This document shows, piece after piece, positions 1 through 9,384 of a stretch of DNA of 64,000 nucleotides (the stretch's first letter is position 1; each line of letters opens with the position of its first letter). The DNA is from an uncultured Omnitrophica bacterium. Lineage in GTDB: Bacteria > Omnitrophota > Gorgyraeia > JACQQV01. Location of the stretch: the NCBI GenBank assembly GCA_947085655.1, contig CAMTXH010000005.1, positions 6,110 through 70,109 on the forward strand, in the 5' to 3' direction. Position numbers and translations under genes: made by a program. A model generated the notes under the pieces. That model did not search any database. It saw nothing but the letters and a program-made list of their open reading frames with translations, and was not told the DNA's origin.

Positions 1-1
1 A

Positions 2-280
2 GAATCTCTTGAGACAGGAGAGACGCAATCAGAAGCCGCAGAGGCAGAGCCCTCCGAAGCCGCGGAATATCTGGACTTAAGGGGAGTCCGCTGCCCGATC
101 AATTACGTGCAGACCAAGATTAAACTTTCAACCATGGCCTCCGGGAAACTGTTGCAGATCGTGATTGATGAGGGGGAGGCGTATGCCAATGTGCCGAACA
201 GCGTCCGGAGTGACGGCCACCAGATCCTGGAGGAGAAGAAACTGGGCAAAGCATACCAGCTGACGATCCGGAAGAAATAA
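2..280 (+). CDS. TusA/SirA-like sulfurtransferase, 5'-truncated by window edge
   Basis: Frame-2 translation contains LDLRGVRCPINYVQTKIKL with the CPxP motif typical of TusA; in-frame stop TAA at 278-280; no start codon upstream of the motif inside the window. Confidence 0.6.
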   Translation, partial: ESLETGETQSEAAEAEPSEAAEYLDLRGVRCPINYVQTKIKLSTMASGKLLQIVIDEGEAYANVPNSVRSDGHQILEEKKLGKAYQLTIRKK

Positions 281-291
281 CTTTGGGTGCC

Positions 292-320
292 CTGCGCCGT
301 ACAAACGGCGCCTTTTTTTG
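292..320 (+). terminator. Rho-independent terminator after the TusA-like gene
   Basis: Perfect hairpin gcgccgt-acaa-acggcgc followed by a run of 7 T. Confidence 0.7.
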
Positions 321-477
321 CCCTATATATACAGATATACTTATATATCAATATATTAATAAAAAGTTGGTTTTACCCTTCCCCTCTTTTCCCCCGGCTT
401 GAAATAACCGCCCGATTTTAGTAAAATAAAACGCTATGTTATAACCCTTTTTTAATAGACATGTTACGGAGGAGCCG

Positions 478-1470
478 ATGCGACAAGAAGAGATTCAAGC
501 GATCAACGAGAAAGTGAGAAAAGAAAGCAGCTTCGTCGGAAAACTGCGCCAGGAAATCGGCAAGGTGATCGTGGGCCAAGAATATATCGTGGAGCGGCTC
601 CTGGTGGGTCTTTTGGCGGACGGCCACATCCTTCTGGAGGGAGTCCCGGGACTTGCCAAGACGTTGAGCGTCTCGACCCTGGCCCAGGCGATCTCTGCCA
701 CGTTTCACCGGATTCAATTCACGCCGGATCTTTTGCCGGCGGATCTGATCGGAACACAGATTTATCATCCGAAAGAGGGAACCTTCACCGTGAAAAAAGG
801 GCCCCTCTTCGCCAATATTATTTTGGCGGATGAAATTAACCGCGCCCCTGCCAAGGTGCAAAGCGCTCTCTTGGAGGCGATGCAGGAGCGGCAGGTGACG
901 ATCGGGGAGGAGAGTTTCAAGTTGGAGGAGCCCTTTCTGGTTTTGGCGACGCAAAACCCCATTGAACAAGAGGGGGTTTATCAACTCCCCGAAGCCCAGG
1001 TGGACCGGTTTATGTTGAAACTCAAGATCACCTACCCGAGCCCTACAGAGGAGCAGGAAATCTTGAAACGGATGGCAAAGGTCGGGAAGAAAATCCAAGT
1101 TTCCCCGGTCGTCTCACCGCGGGAGATCCTCCAGGCGCGGGAGGTCGTGAATGACATTTACTTCGATGAAAAACTCGAAAAATACGTGGTGGATCTTGTG
1201 GTCGCCTCCCGGGATCCGGAGAAATTTAAACTGAACCTGCGCGATTACATCGAATACGGCGCTTCTCCGCGGGCGACCATCTATCTGACTTTGGCCTCCA
1301 AGGCGTACGCTTTTCTGCAGGGGAGGGGTTATGTGACGCCGCAGGATATCAAGCGGATCGGTCATGATGTTCTCCGGCACCGGATCATTGTGACCTATGA
1401 GGCCGAGGCAGATGAGGTGACATCCGAGAAAATCATCGACCAACTCTTCGACGCCGTCGAAGTCCCATAA
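478..1470 (+). CDS. moxR: MoxR-family AAA+ ATPase
   Basis: GQEYIVERLLVGLLADGHILLEGVPGLAKT Walker A context, 330 aa, first gene of a Bat-type operon. Confidence 0.9.
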   Translation: MRQEEIQAINEKVRKESSFVGKLRQEIGKVIVGQEYIVERLLVGLLADGHILLEGVPGLAKTLSVSTLAQAISATFHRIQFTPDLLPADLIGTQIYHPKEGTFTVKKGPLFANIILADEINRAPAKVQSALLEAMQERQVTIGEESFKLEEPFLVLATQNPIEQEGVYQLPEAQVDRFMLKLKITYPSPTEEQEILKRMAKVGKKIQVSPVVSPREILQAREVVNDIYFDEKLEKYVVDLVVASRDPEKFKLNLRDYIEYGASPRATIYLTLASKAYAFLQGRGYVTPQDIKRIGHDVLRHRIIVTYEAEADEVTSEKIIDQLFDAVEVP

Positions 1471-1475
1471 GAAAA

Positions 1476-1593
1476 GTAGACGCTTTACAAAACCATATGT
1501 AGTAAATAGGGTTACAAATAAATAGTTATGTGAGAGGGGTTTAGTATTTATTCGTAATGCGTTGTGATTAAACAAGTCTCGTAAAGCGTCTAC
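1476..1593. repeat. AT-rich 118-bp element bounded by perfect 13-bp inverted repeats (gtagacgctttac / gtaaagcgtctac)
   Basis: Arms at 1476-1488 and 1581-1593 are exact reverse complements; the 92-nt spacer is far more AT-rich than flanking coding DNA; it sits between the normally adjacent moxR and DUF58 genes. Confidence 0.6.
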
Positions 1594-1606
1594 AGTCCCA
1601 GTCCCT

Positions 1607-2482
1607 ATGATTACGAAAGAGTATCTGAAAAACGTCCGGCGGATTCAGATTCACACCACCCGGCTTGTAAACGACCTTTTTGCGGGGGAGTATCACAGCG
1701 TTTTTAAGGGGCGCGGGATCGAATTCGAGCAGGTCCGGGAATACCAGCCGGGGGACGAGGTCCGGTCGATCGACTGGAACGTCACGGCCCGGATCGGGCG
1801 GCCCTTTATCAAGGAATTCGTGGAAGAACGGGAACTGACGGTGATGCTTCTTGTGGATATGTCCTCCTCCGGCGAATTCGGCACGCACCAAAAACTCAAG
1901 CGGGAACTGGCGGCGGAACTCTGTGCGGTTTTGGCCTTTTCCGCGATCCGGAACAATGACAAGGTGGGGCTTGTCCTTTTTACGGACCGCGTGGAAAAAT
2001 TCATCCCGCCTAAAAAAGGGAAACGGCATGTCCTCCGGGTGATCCGGGAACTGTTGTCCTTCCGTCCGGAAAACCGGGGAACCGACATTGCCGAAGCCCT
2101 TTCCTTTTTGGGGACGGTGACCAAGCGGCGGACGGTCAGTTTTCTCATCTCGGATTTTCTGGGAAAAGGGTACGAGCGCTCTCTTCAGGTCGCAAACCGC
2201 CGGCATGATCTCATCGCCCTGTCATTAGAGGATGAGCGGGAGAGGGTATTCCCGCCGGTCGGATTCATCCTTTTGGAGGATGCGGAAACAGGGGAGGTTT
2301 TGACGGTGAATACGCGTCATCGGTCCATCCGGGAATCTTTCCCCCGCGAGGCGGGAAAAGCGATTGCAGCCCGGAACCGATTTTTCGCCTCCATCGACCT
2401 GGATTGCGTTCAGATTCGGACCGACCGGCCGTATCTCGAACCGCTGGTCCGCTTTTTCAAAATGCGGGAAAGAAGAAGGTGA
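1607..2482 (+). CDS. DUF58 domain protein (MoxR partner, vWA-like)
   Basis: DWNVTARIGRPFIKEF and LLVDMSSSG motifs typical of DUF58; operon position after moxR. Confidence 0.85.
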   Translation: MITKEYLKNVRRIQIHTTRLVNDLFAGEYHSVFKGRGIEFEQVREYQPGDEVRSIDWNVTARIGRPFIKEFVEERELTVMLLVDMSSSGEFGTHQKLKRELAAELCAVLAFSAIRNNDKVGLVLFTDRVEKFIPPKKGKRHVLRVIRELLSFRPENRGTDIAEALSFLGTVTKRRTVSFLISDFLGKGYERSLQVANRRHDLIALSLEDERERVFPPVGFILLEDAETGEVLTVNTRHRSIRESFPREAGKAIAARNRFFASIDLDCVQIRTDRPYLEPLVRFFKMRERRR

Positions 2483-3408
2483 AACAGCCAGGGTTCGGTT
2501 TGAGGGGGGCGGTTCTGGCACTCTTTTTTACCGGAGTGGCATTTCTTGCGGAAGCCGCGCCGGAGCCGCGCATCGCCGCTTCTCTGGACAACACCCGGAT
2601 CACCATCGGGGAACGGGTCACGCTGACCTTGCAGCTTGATCTTCCGGAAGGATTCAGCGTCGTGGGCTCGAATCTCCGGGAGGGTCTTGGCGAACTGGTC
2701 GTCAAAGACACGGCACAGTCACCCCCTGAAGCGCTTTCAAACGGCTTGACTCGGCATACGATCCAGGCCCGTCTCACCGCCTATGCGACCGGAACATTTG
2801 TTCTGCCGCCTGTTTCGGTCACGGTCCGGAATGCGGAAGGCCGCACCGAGACGTTAGAAACACTCGAGCATGTGATTGAGGTAAAAAGTGTTGCGCCGGA
2901 GGGCGACAAACTTGAGGATATCCGGGAGATCAAGGGAATTCTTTTTCTGGCAGGAAGCGGAGGGAGCGTCTTGTGGCTCATCGGAGGGGTGGCCTTCCTC
3001 GTGGGTTTGTTCTGGTGGCTTTTCCGACGAGGGAGAGCCGTTCGTGTTTCCGAGGCGCCGAAGGTTTCCCCCGACGTCACGGCTCTCGAGGCCCTTGACC
3101 GGCTTGATGCGTCGGGTCTTGTCCACCGGGATATGAAGGAATACCATTTTCGGGTGTCGGGAATTCTCCGGCACTATCTGGAAGAAAGGTTCGGGCTGAA
3201 AGCCCCGGAACAGACTACCGAGGAATTTCTCGCGTCGGTTTCGGATCATTCCCTTCTCCGCGGGGATCAAAGGGGTCTCTTAAGCCGTTTCCTTGAACAG
3301 TGCGACCTTGTGAAATTTGCAAAACTCACCCCCGAAAAAGAAGAGGCCCTTCGGATTTCTCAAAGCGCGCGTGAGTTCATCCGTCAAACCCGATCGAGCG
3401 GCGTCTGA
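2479..3408 (+). CDS. Bat-operon membrane protein (DUF4381-like): signal peptide, one TM, cytoplasmic tail
   Basis: GTG start overlaps the DUF58 stop (GTGA) with aggagg-like RBS upstream; TM segment VLWLIGGVAFLVGLFWWLF; position between DUF58 and batA as in Bat operons. Confidence 0.6.
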   Translation: MKQPGFGLRGAVLALFFTGVAFLAEAAPEPRIAASLDNTRITIGERVTLTLQLDLPEGFSVVGSNLREGLGELVVKDTAQSPPEALSNGLTRHTIQARLTAYATGTFVLPPVSVTVRNAEGRTETLETLEHVIEVKSVAPEGDKLEDIREIKGILFLAGSGGSVLWLIGGVAFLVGLFWWLFRRGRAVRVSEAPKVSPDVTALEALDRLDASGLVHRDMKEYHFRVSGILRHYLEERFGLKAPEQTTEEFLASVSDHSLLRGDQRGLLSRFLEQCDLVKFAKLTPEKEEALRISQSAREFIRQTRSSGV

Positions 3409-3411
3409 AAG

Positions 3412-4407
3412 ATGTTTCATCATTTTTGGAATATTGTCTGGATTCCAGTTTTGGTCCCCCCGCTTTTGTGGGCTGCTTTCAGAAAAAATCGGCAGGGGCA
3501 TGTCCGGTTTTCGAGTCTTACGCCTCTCAAACAATACCTACCAGGCCATTCTTCCTGGATGAGACACCTATTGCTCTTCTTTCGGATTTTGGCCCTCATC
3601 CTTCTAGTCCTGGCGCTCATGCGCCCCCGGCAGGGACTTGAGGAGACGCGGGTCGAGACGGAAGGGGTGGACATTATTCTGACTCTGGATGTCTCCGGCA
3701 GCATGCAGGCGGAAGATTTTTCCATCGGGGGCGAGCGTCGGAACCGGCTTTTCGTGGTGAAGGAGGTCGTCCGGGATTTCATCCAGAGAAGGCGGAATGA
3801 CCGGATCGGCATCGTGATCTTCGGGGGAAGGGCCTATACCCTTTGTCCGCTCACCCTGGATCAGGGGATCCTCCTTCAGTTTCTGGAGCGGGCGGAGGCC
3901 GGAATGGTGGAGGACGGTACAGCGATCGGAGACGGCGTCACCACTTCTTTAAACCGGCTCCGGAACGTCAAGGCCAAAAGCAAAATCATCATTCTTCTCA
4001 CCGACGGCGTTCATAATGCCGGAAAGGTGAAGCCGGAGACAGCCGCAGAACTTGCCCGGACCCTCGGCATCAAAATCTATACCATCGGCGTCGGGTCCCG
4101 CGGCCCGGTTCCCTTTCCCTCGATGGATCTCTTGGGCCATCGCGTTTACCGGATGGTGCAGATTGACCTGGATGAAGCGCTTCTTCAAAAGATGGCGGAG
4201 CGGACCGGCGGTCAATACTACCGCGCCACGGATACCGAACACCTGAAAGTGATTTACCGAACGATCGATGCGCTTGAGAAGACGACCATCCAATCGAGTG
4301 TTTATGTGCAGTACAGCGAACAGTTCACTCCTTTCGTTCTCGCGGCGATGGCGTTGATTCTTGTGGAAATCGTTCTGGGTCAGACACGGCTCCGGACCCT
4401 GCCATAG
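3412..4407 (+). CDS. batA: BatA-like membrane-anchored von Willebrand factor A protein
   Basis: N-terminal TM helices then a VWA MIDAS motif DVSGSM; C-terminal TM. Confidence 0.85.
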   Translation: MFHHFWNIVWIPVLVPPLLWAAFRKNRQGHVRFSSLTPLKQYLPGHSSWMRHLLLFFRILALILLVLALMRPRQGLEETRVETEGVDIILTLDVSGSMQAEDFSIGGERRNRLFVVKEVVRDFIQRRRNDRIGIVIFGGRAYTLCPLTLDQGILLQFLERAEAGMVEDGTAIGDGVTTSLNRLRNVKAKSKIIILLTDGVHNAGKVKPETAAELARTLGIKIYTIGVGSRGPVPFPSMDLLGHRVYRMVQIDLDEALLQKMAERTGGQYYRATDTEHLKVIYRTIDALEKTTIQSSVYVQYSEQFTPFVLAAMALILVEIVLGQTRLRTLP

Positions 4408-4413
4408 GAGGGA

Positions 4414-5418
4414 ATGATGCAATTTGGGAAACCGGACTATTTCTGGTGGCTTCTTTTCCTTCCGGCACTCCTCCTCTTTTACTGGGTAGCGTTCCGCAAT
4501 AGACGCAAGGCCCTCTTCCGGTTCACCGGCCCTGTCCTTGCGAGCCGCCTTTTGGTTGCGGCGAGCCCTTTCAAACGGGGGCTAAAAGCAACTTTGTTGA
4601 TGCTCGTTTTTCTTTTTTTGATTCTGGCGCTTGCCCAGCCGAAGTGGGGATTTGAAATCCGCGAGGTGAAACGGCAGGGAATCAATCTGATGGTTGCTGT
4701 CGATGTATCCAAAAGCATGCTTGCGGAGGATGTGAAGCCGAGCCGTCTTGCCCGGGCCAAACTCGAGGTAACGAGTCTTCTGGACCGTCTCACCGGCGAC
4801 CGGGCGGGACTTGTGGCCTTTGCCGGAAGTTCCTTCATCCAATGCCCTTTGACCCTGGACTATGCCACCGTGAAACTCTTTCTGGATGATTTGAGTATCC
4901 AATCCATTCCCCGCGGCGGCACCGATATCGGGGGAGCCATCCAAAAAAGCGTGGAGGCGTTTAAAGGGGTGGGAGAAGGGGAGCGGGTCGTGATTCTCCT
5001 GACAGACGGCGAGGACCATAAAGGAGGCCTTGAAGAGGCACTGGCGCTGGCGAAGAAGGAGAAAGTGAGGATTTATCCTGTGGGGGTCGGGCGGAATGAG
5101 GGGGCTCCCATTCCGGTGGAGGAGCCGGGCGGGCAAGAGCGCTATATCCGGAGTCCCGAAGGGGAGGTGGTCCTTTCCAAATTGAATGTTGCGCTTCTTG
5201 AAGAAGTTGCCGCCGCCACCGGCGGAAAGGCGAATCTTCTCGGCACCAGGGATTTTACCCTGGAAGAGCTTTACCTCCGGGAAATCGCCAAATTAGAGAA
5301 AGAAGAACTGGCAAGCCAGCAAAAAAAAGAGTACCATCACCGCTTTCAGTGGCCGCTTGCGGTTGCCATCGCTTTTTTTTGGATCGAGGGACTCTTAAGT
5401 GAACGGCGTGCGGTATAG
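4414..5418 (+). CDS. batB: BatB-like VWA domain protein
   Basis: TM then VAVDVSKSM MIDAS motif; LLTDGEDH. Confidence 0.85.
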   Translation: MMQFGKPDYFWWLLFLPALLLFYWVAFRNRRKALFRFTGPVLASRLLVAASPFKRGLKATLLMLVFLFLILALAQPKWGFEIREVKRQGINLMVAVDVSKSMLAEDVKPSRLARAKLEVTSLLDRLTGDRAGLVAFAGSSFIQCPLTLDYATVKLFLDDLSIQSIPRGGTDIGGAIQKSVEAFKGVGEGERVVILLTDGEDHKGGLEEALALAKKEKVRIYPVGVGRNEGAPIPVEEPGGQERYIRSPEGEVVLSKLNVALLEEVAAATGGKANLLGTRDFTLEELYLREIAKLEKEELASQQKKEYHHRFQWPLAVAIAFFWIEGLLSERRAV

Positions 5419-6133
5419 TTGGATACCGGTCTTGGCGATGTTTGTTTTGCTTTCCGCCTTTCGTTGGCAGTCGGCGCCAAAAAGGGTGGAAGAAGGAAAC
5501 CGCCTTTTTGAAAAAGGGGAGTACGAAAAGGCCCTGAGCCGTTATTATGAAGCCGAGTCCAAACGTCCGGACGCACCCGAGATCCCTTTTAATATCGGAA
5601 ATAGTTTCTACAAGCAAAAGCGTTACCCCGAGGCGATGGATGCCCATCGGCGCTCCGCCGAACTCGGCTCCGATGCCCTGAAAGCAAAGGCATACTATAA
5701 TATTGGAAATTCCCTTTATCGGGAGGGCAATCTGGAGGCATCCCTTGAGGCGTTCAAAAAGGCGGTGGATCTTGATTCGGGGGACATCGATACAAAGTAT
5801 AATATTGAAGTGATCCTCCGTAAGCGCCAGGATGAAAACCGGCCGAAACCCCAGTCCTCTGCTTCTCAATCCAAACCCCAAGAGGAACCCGAGCAGAAGG
5901 ACCAGAAGGAGGATTCCTCTAAAGACGAAAAGGATCAAAAAGAGGAAGAAAAACAAAAGCCGGAACCGAAAGACGATAAAGAGGGATCCTCTGAATCGAA
6001 ACAGAATGATATTTCCCGGCAGGATGCGGAACGTCTCTTAGGAGGGTTACAAGCGGAGGAGCGGCCCCTTTCCGCATCTCAGGAAGGAAAACAAAAACCG
6101 CATCGTGAGCCGCCTGTTGAAAAGGATTGGTAG
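5399..6133 (+). CDS. batC: BatC-like TPR protein with K/E/D-rich C-terminal tail
   Basis: GTG start; TPR-like YYNIGNSLY repeats; C-terminal low-complexity KDQKEEEKQKPEPKDDKE. Confidence 0.7.
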   Translation: MNGVRYSWIPVLAMFVLLSAFRWQSAPKRVEEGNRLFEKGEYEKALSRYYEAESKRPDAPEIPFNIGNSFYKQKRYPEAMDAHRRSAELGSDALKAKAYYNIGNSLYREGNLEASLEAFKKAVDLDSGDIDTKYNIEVILRKRQDENRPKPQSSASQSKPQEEPEQKDQKEDSSKDEKDQKEEEKQKPEPKDDKEGSSESKQNDISRQDAERLLGGLQAEERPLSASQEGKQKPHREPPVEKDW

Positions 6134-6134
6134 G

Positions 6135-8030
6135 ATGAAAGGAACAAGCGCCACTTTTTGTTTAATCATCGGGTTTGTGGCGGTGGCCACTTTTGCCTCA
6201 GCCGAGAGGGCCGAGGTCACGGTGGATATCGACAAGGACCAGATTGTTTTCGGGGATTCGGTCCGGCTTTCGGTGACCGTAAAAGGTATTGTGCCTGACA
6301 CTCCGCCGATACTTCCCGAATTTGACGATTTTGACACCCGTTACATCGGGACCCGGATGTCGTCGTATTCGAGCGTCACGGTGGTCATTCAAGGCAAGAC
6401 CGTCGAACAGAAAAGGACCGAAGCCGGATCAGTCTTTGAATATGCCCTCACCCCCAAGCGGGTCGGACGGCTGGACCTTCCGCGGTTTTCCTTTGAACTG
6501 GCAGGAGAGACCTACCATACCTATGAACCCTATACCATCTTTGTCACCGACATTCCGGAGGCCCAGGAGCACCTTTTATTAAAGGTTTCGGTGGACAAGG
6601 AGAATGTCTATCTTGGGGAATCGGTTCTCTTCACCTTCGAATGGTATTTTGACCGGAATATCGAGGATTATTCCCTGACCATTCCCTGGTACGGCCGACT
6701 GAAGGATTTTTTGATGGAAGATTCCCCGCCGAATCCAAACGCCAGGCAGGTTCAGTTGATTCTGAACGACAAGGAACGGGTGAGCGCCGAGAAGGAAACC
6801 GTCAATTTCCGGGGGAAGCGGTATACCGTGCTTCGGTTCAAAAAAATTCTCACCCCGATCGGTGCCGGGACGTATACCCTCGACCCTGCCTTTGTCCGGG
6901 CGGAGGTGGTGACCGCTTATGAAGAACCGGACCGGACCCGTTTCTTTTTTAAAGACTATTTCGACTTTGCCTTTGAAGACGTTTTCGGAAGGGGGCGCAG
7001 GGCCATTACCGAGTGGATGATGGCCCGTTCGGAGCCGCTTTCTGTTTCAGTCAAGCCGATTCCGGAGACGGGCCGTCCCGGTTCGTTCACGGGTGCCGTC
7101 GGAGAATTCGATTTTCAGGTGTCTGTCTCACCCGGAATCGTCCAGCAGGGGGAGCCGGTGACGGTGACGATGAAAGTCATCGGAACCGGAAACTTCAACG
7201 AGATTCAGCTTCCCGATTTTCCGGAGCCGCCCCATTTCAAGGGGTATGCCCCCGAGATCCGGACCGACACGAGTCTTTCGGGGAATCTGGTGATCGGGGA
7301 AAAGATCTTTGAAAAAATCCTTGTCGGGCGGCAGGAAGGGGCTTTTGAAATTCCCCCGATTGCCTTCAGTTTCTTTGATCCGCAGGAGGGAGAGTATAAG
7401 ACGATTACGCGGGGACCTTTCCCGATTCGGGTGGAGCCGGGAAAAGGATCCGCCCCGCCGGTCCTTTCTGTCTTGCCGCCGGAGGAACGGAAGGGAAAGG
7501 AAATCAAGGTGATGACGCGGGATATCCGGTATATCAAATCTTCCCTGGAACCGATCGTCCAGGAAAAAGCCCCCTTTTATGAGCGGCCTTTTTTCTGGTG
7601 GTTTGGATTTGTTCCTGCCCCGCTTTTGGTGGGAGTCACTTTTCTCATCCAGCGGCGCCGCTTGAAACTCCGAACCGATATCGGATATGCCAGACGGCTG
7701 AAGGCCTTCAAAAAGGCGGAGAAGGAACGGATGGCTACCGAGACGCACCTTCGGAAAGGGAATGCGCCCGATTTCTATGCGGGCCTCTCCAAGACATTGA
7801 CTTATTTTCTGGCGGATAAACTCAACCGGCCGCCGGCCGGCATCACCGCGGATATTGTGGAAGACCTCAAATCAAGATCTCTTGAGCCGACGGTCCTTCA
7901 GGAATTGAAAAGTTGTTTCGAAAGGCTGGATTTGGCCAAGTATTCGCGGGCCGAAAGCGGAACCGAAGAGATGCAGGATCTTTATGAAAAAGTGAAACAG
8001 CTGATTCAGCGCTTGGATAGGGTGCTTTGA
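6135..8030 (+). CDS. batD: BatD-like oxygen-tolerance protein
   Basis: Signal peptide MKGTSATFCLIIGFVAVATFASA from the ATG just after the batC stop; C-terminal TM FWWFGFVPAPLLVGVTFLI; 631 aa. The ORF track extends the frame to 6105. Confidence 0.7.
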   Translation: MKGTSATFCLIIGFVAVATFASAERAEVTVDIDKDQIVFGDSVRLSVTVKGIVPDTPPILPEFDDFDTRYIGTRMSSYSSVTVVIQGKTVEQKRTEAGSVFEYALTPKRVGRLDLPRFSFELAGETYHTYEPYTIFVTDIPEAQEHLLLKVSVDKENVYLGESVLFTFEWYFDRNIEDYSLTIPWYGRLKDFLMEDSPPNPNARQVQLILNDKERVSAEKETVNFRGKRYTVLRFKKILTPIGAGTYTLDPAFVRAEVVTAYEEPDRTRFFFKDYFDFAFEDVFGRGRRAITEWMMARSEPLSVSVKPIPETGRPGSFTGAVGEFDFQVSVSPGIVQQGEPVTVTMKVIGTGNFNEIQLPDFPEPPHFKGYAPEIRTDTSLSGNLVIGEKIFEKILVGRQEGAFEIPPIAFSFFDPQEGEYKTITRGPFPIRVEPGKGSAPPVLSVLPPEERKGKEIKVMTRDIRYIKSSLEPIVQEKAPFYERPFFWWFGFVPAPLLVGVTFLIQRRRLKLRTDIGYARRLKAFKKAEKERMATETHLRKGNAPDFYAGLSKTLTYFLADKLNRPPAGITADIVEDLKSRSLEPTVLQELKSCFERLDLAKYSRAESGTEEMQDLYEKVKQLIQRLDRVL

Positions 8031-8791
8031 TGAAGAAAATACTGATCGGGATCTTGGTCATTGCAGGATGCTGGACCGCATCCGTCTTTGGCGCCGAAGC
8101 CGATTTTGAAACGGCATTTTCGGAAGCGAACGGGCATTATGCAGAAGGGGACTATGAAAAGGCCGCCGCGTTATACGAGGAGCTTTTGGCCTCGGGGCTC
8201 TCAAGCGGGCCCCTTTACTACAACCTCGGCAATACCTATTTCAAACTGAACCGGATCGGGAAAAGCATTTTAAATTATGAAAGGGCAAGGCATCTTTTGC
8301 CCCAGGATGAAGATCTTCTGGCCAATCTTTCCTTTGTTAAAACATTTGTGGAGCAGGAGCAGCCGAAAGAAGAGCGGCGCTGGTATGAATGGCTCTGGGT
8401 GAGCATCCGGGACTACCTCTCCGCGGAGGGATGGGTTCTCTTTTTGCTGCTCACGTACCATCTCTTTTTCGGGTCCCTTTTTTTGGCGCTTTTTGCCGAA
8501 CGGCTCCGGAGGGGCTTTTTATCGTTTGGGTGGTTTTTGTTGGTATTGACCGGGGCGGCGGTTATGTTCGGGTCGGCAAAGATCACCCTGACGGCGAAAA
8601 CCTCGGAGGCGGTTGTGGTGTCGCGCGTTGCCGACGTCCGGTACAGCCCGATGCCGGAGGGGATCGTGGCATTTCAGCTGCGTGAGGGGATTCAGACGGA
8701 GATTCTCCGCCGCGACGGGGAATGGTGTTACCTCCGGCTTACCCGGGATAAGAGCGGGTGGGTGCGGTGCGAGGCGGTTGAGGAGATATAG
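8027..8791 (+). CDS. batE: BatE-like TPR plus SH3b domain protein
   Basis: N-terminal TPR (YYNLGNTYFKLNR), TM helices, C-terminal SH3-like WCYLRLTRDKSGWVRCEAVEEI. Confidence 0.7.
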   Translation: MMKKILIGILVIAGCWTASVFGAEADFETAFSEANGHYAEGDYEKAAALYEELLASGLSSGPLYYNLGNTYFKLNRIGKSILNYERARHLLPQDEDLLANLSFVKTFVEQEQPKEERRWYEWLWVSIRDYLSAEGWVLFLLLTYHLFFGSLFLALFAERLRRGFLSFGWFLLVLTGAAVMFGSAKITLTAKTSEAVVVSRVADVRYSPMPEGIVAFQLREGIQTEILRRDGEWCYLRLTRDKSGWVRCEAVEEI

Positions 8792-8792
8792 C

Positions 8793-8822
8793 CGGCGGAG
8801 GCAAACCCCCGCCGGCTTTTAC
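8793..8822 (+). terminator. Terminator-like hairpin after batE
   Basis: ccggcgg-aggcaaaccc-ccgccgg followed by cttttac. Confidence 0.5.
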
Positions 8823-8836
8823 GAAAGGACTTCCTC

Positions 8837-9331
8837 TTGGCACGGCACTATATATTGGATGGATACAATGTGATGATGCGGCTTCCGGAGTTGGTCCGGA
8901 AGAGCGGACCGGTCCGGTTGGAACCGGGTCGCGAGGGACTGCTTCAATTTCTCATGCAGTACCGGCCTCAAGGCAGCCCCCGGAACCGGGTCACCGTCGT
9001 CTTTGACGGATTTGCCCAAATTCAGGCGAACTGGGCGCGGCTCCGCCAAGAAGGGATCCGCCTCCTTTTTTCAGAAGGGGAGTCTGCCGACGATTTTATT
9101 GTGAAGAAAATCTCCTCCCTGAAGGATGCCCCGGAGACTTGGGTGGTGACGGATGACCGGGAGCTGACCCTTCGTCTCTATCGGACGGTTGAGGTCATGC
9201 CGGCGGCTTCCTTTATCTCGGGGATCCTTACGAAAAAAGAGGAGACATCCGAAGAGAAGAAATCGATTTCGCCAAAAGCGGAACGTGAGATTACGGATGA
9301 GTTAAAAAAAATTTGGTTAAAAAAAACTTGA
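8837..9331 (+). CDS. NYN/YacP-like PIN-fold domain protein
   Basis: TTG start; YILDGYNVMMRLPEL matches the YacP/NYN N-terminal motif. Confidence 0.6.
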   Translation: MARHYILDGYNVMMRLPELVRKSGPVRLEPGREGLLQFLMQYRPQGSPRNRVTVVFDGFAQIQANWARLRQEGIRLLFSEGESADDFIVKKISSLKDAPETWVVTDDRELTLRLYRTVEVMPAASFISGILTKKEETSEEKKSISPKAEREITDELKKIWLKKT

Positions 9332-9355
9332 CATGGAAGGTAGAGCCGCTACAAT
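9328..9355 (+). promoter_or_regulatory. Sigma70-type promoter (TTGACA-16 nt-TACAAT) upstream of the riboswitch
   Basis: ttgaca at 9328-9333, tacaat at 9350-9355. Confidence 0.5.
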
Positions 9356-9384
9356 AAAACACACAATCGAATAGCACGTTGTTG

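Noticed and set aside
103-351. 82-aa minus-strand ORF
   Set aside because: It lies antisense to the TusA-like coding region and the terminator hairpin. It has no RBS or domain and its composition looks like a shadow ORF of high-GC coding DNA.
5255-5956. 233-aa minus-strand ORF
   Set aside because: It is antisense to batB and batC. Its low-complexity translation is produced by the reverse of the K/E-rich batC tail.
8389-8873. 98-aa and 86-aa plus-strand ORFs in alternative frames over batE
   Set aside because: They are out-of-frame overlaps of a well-supported gene with Arg/Gly-rich translations typical of GC-rich frame shadows.
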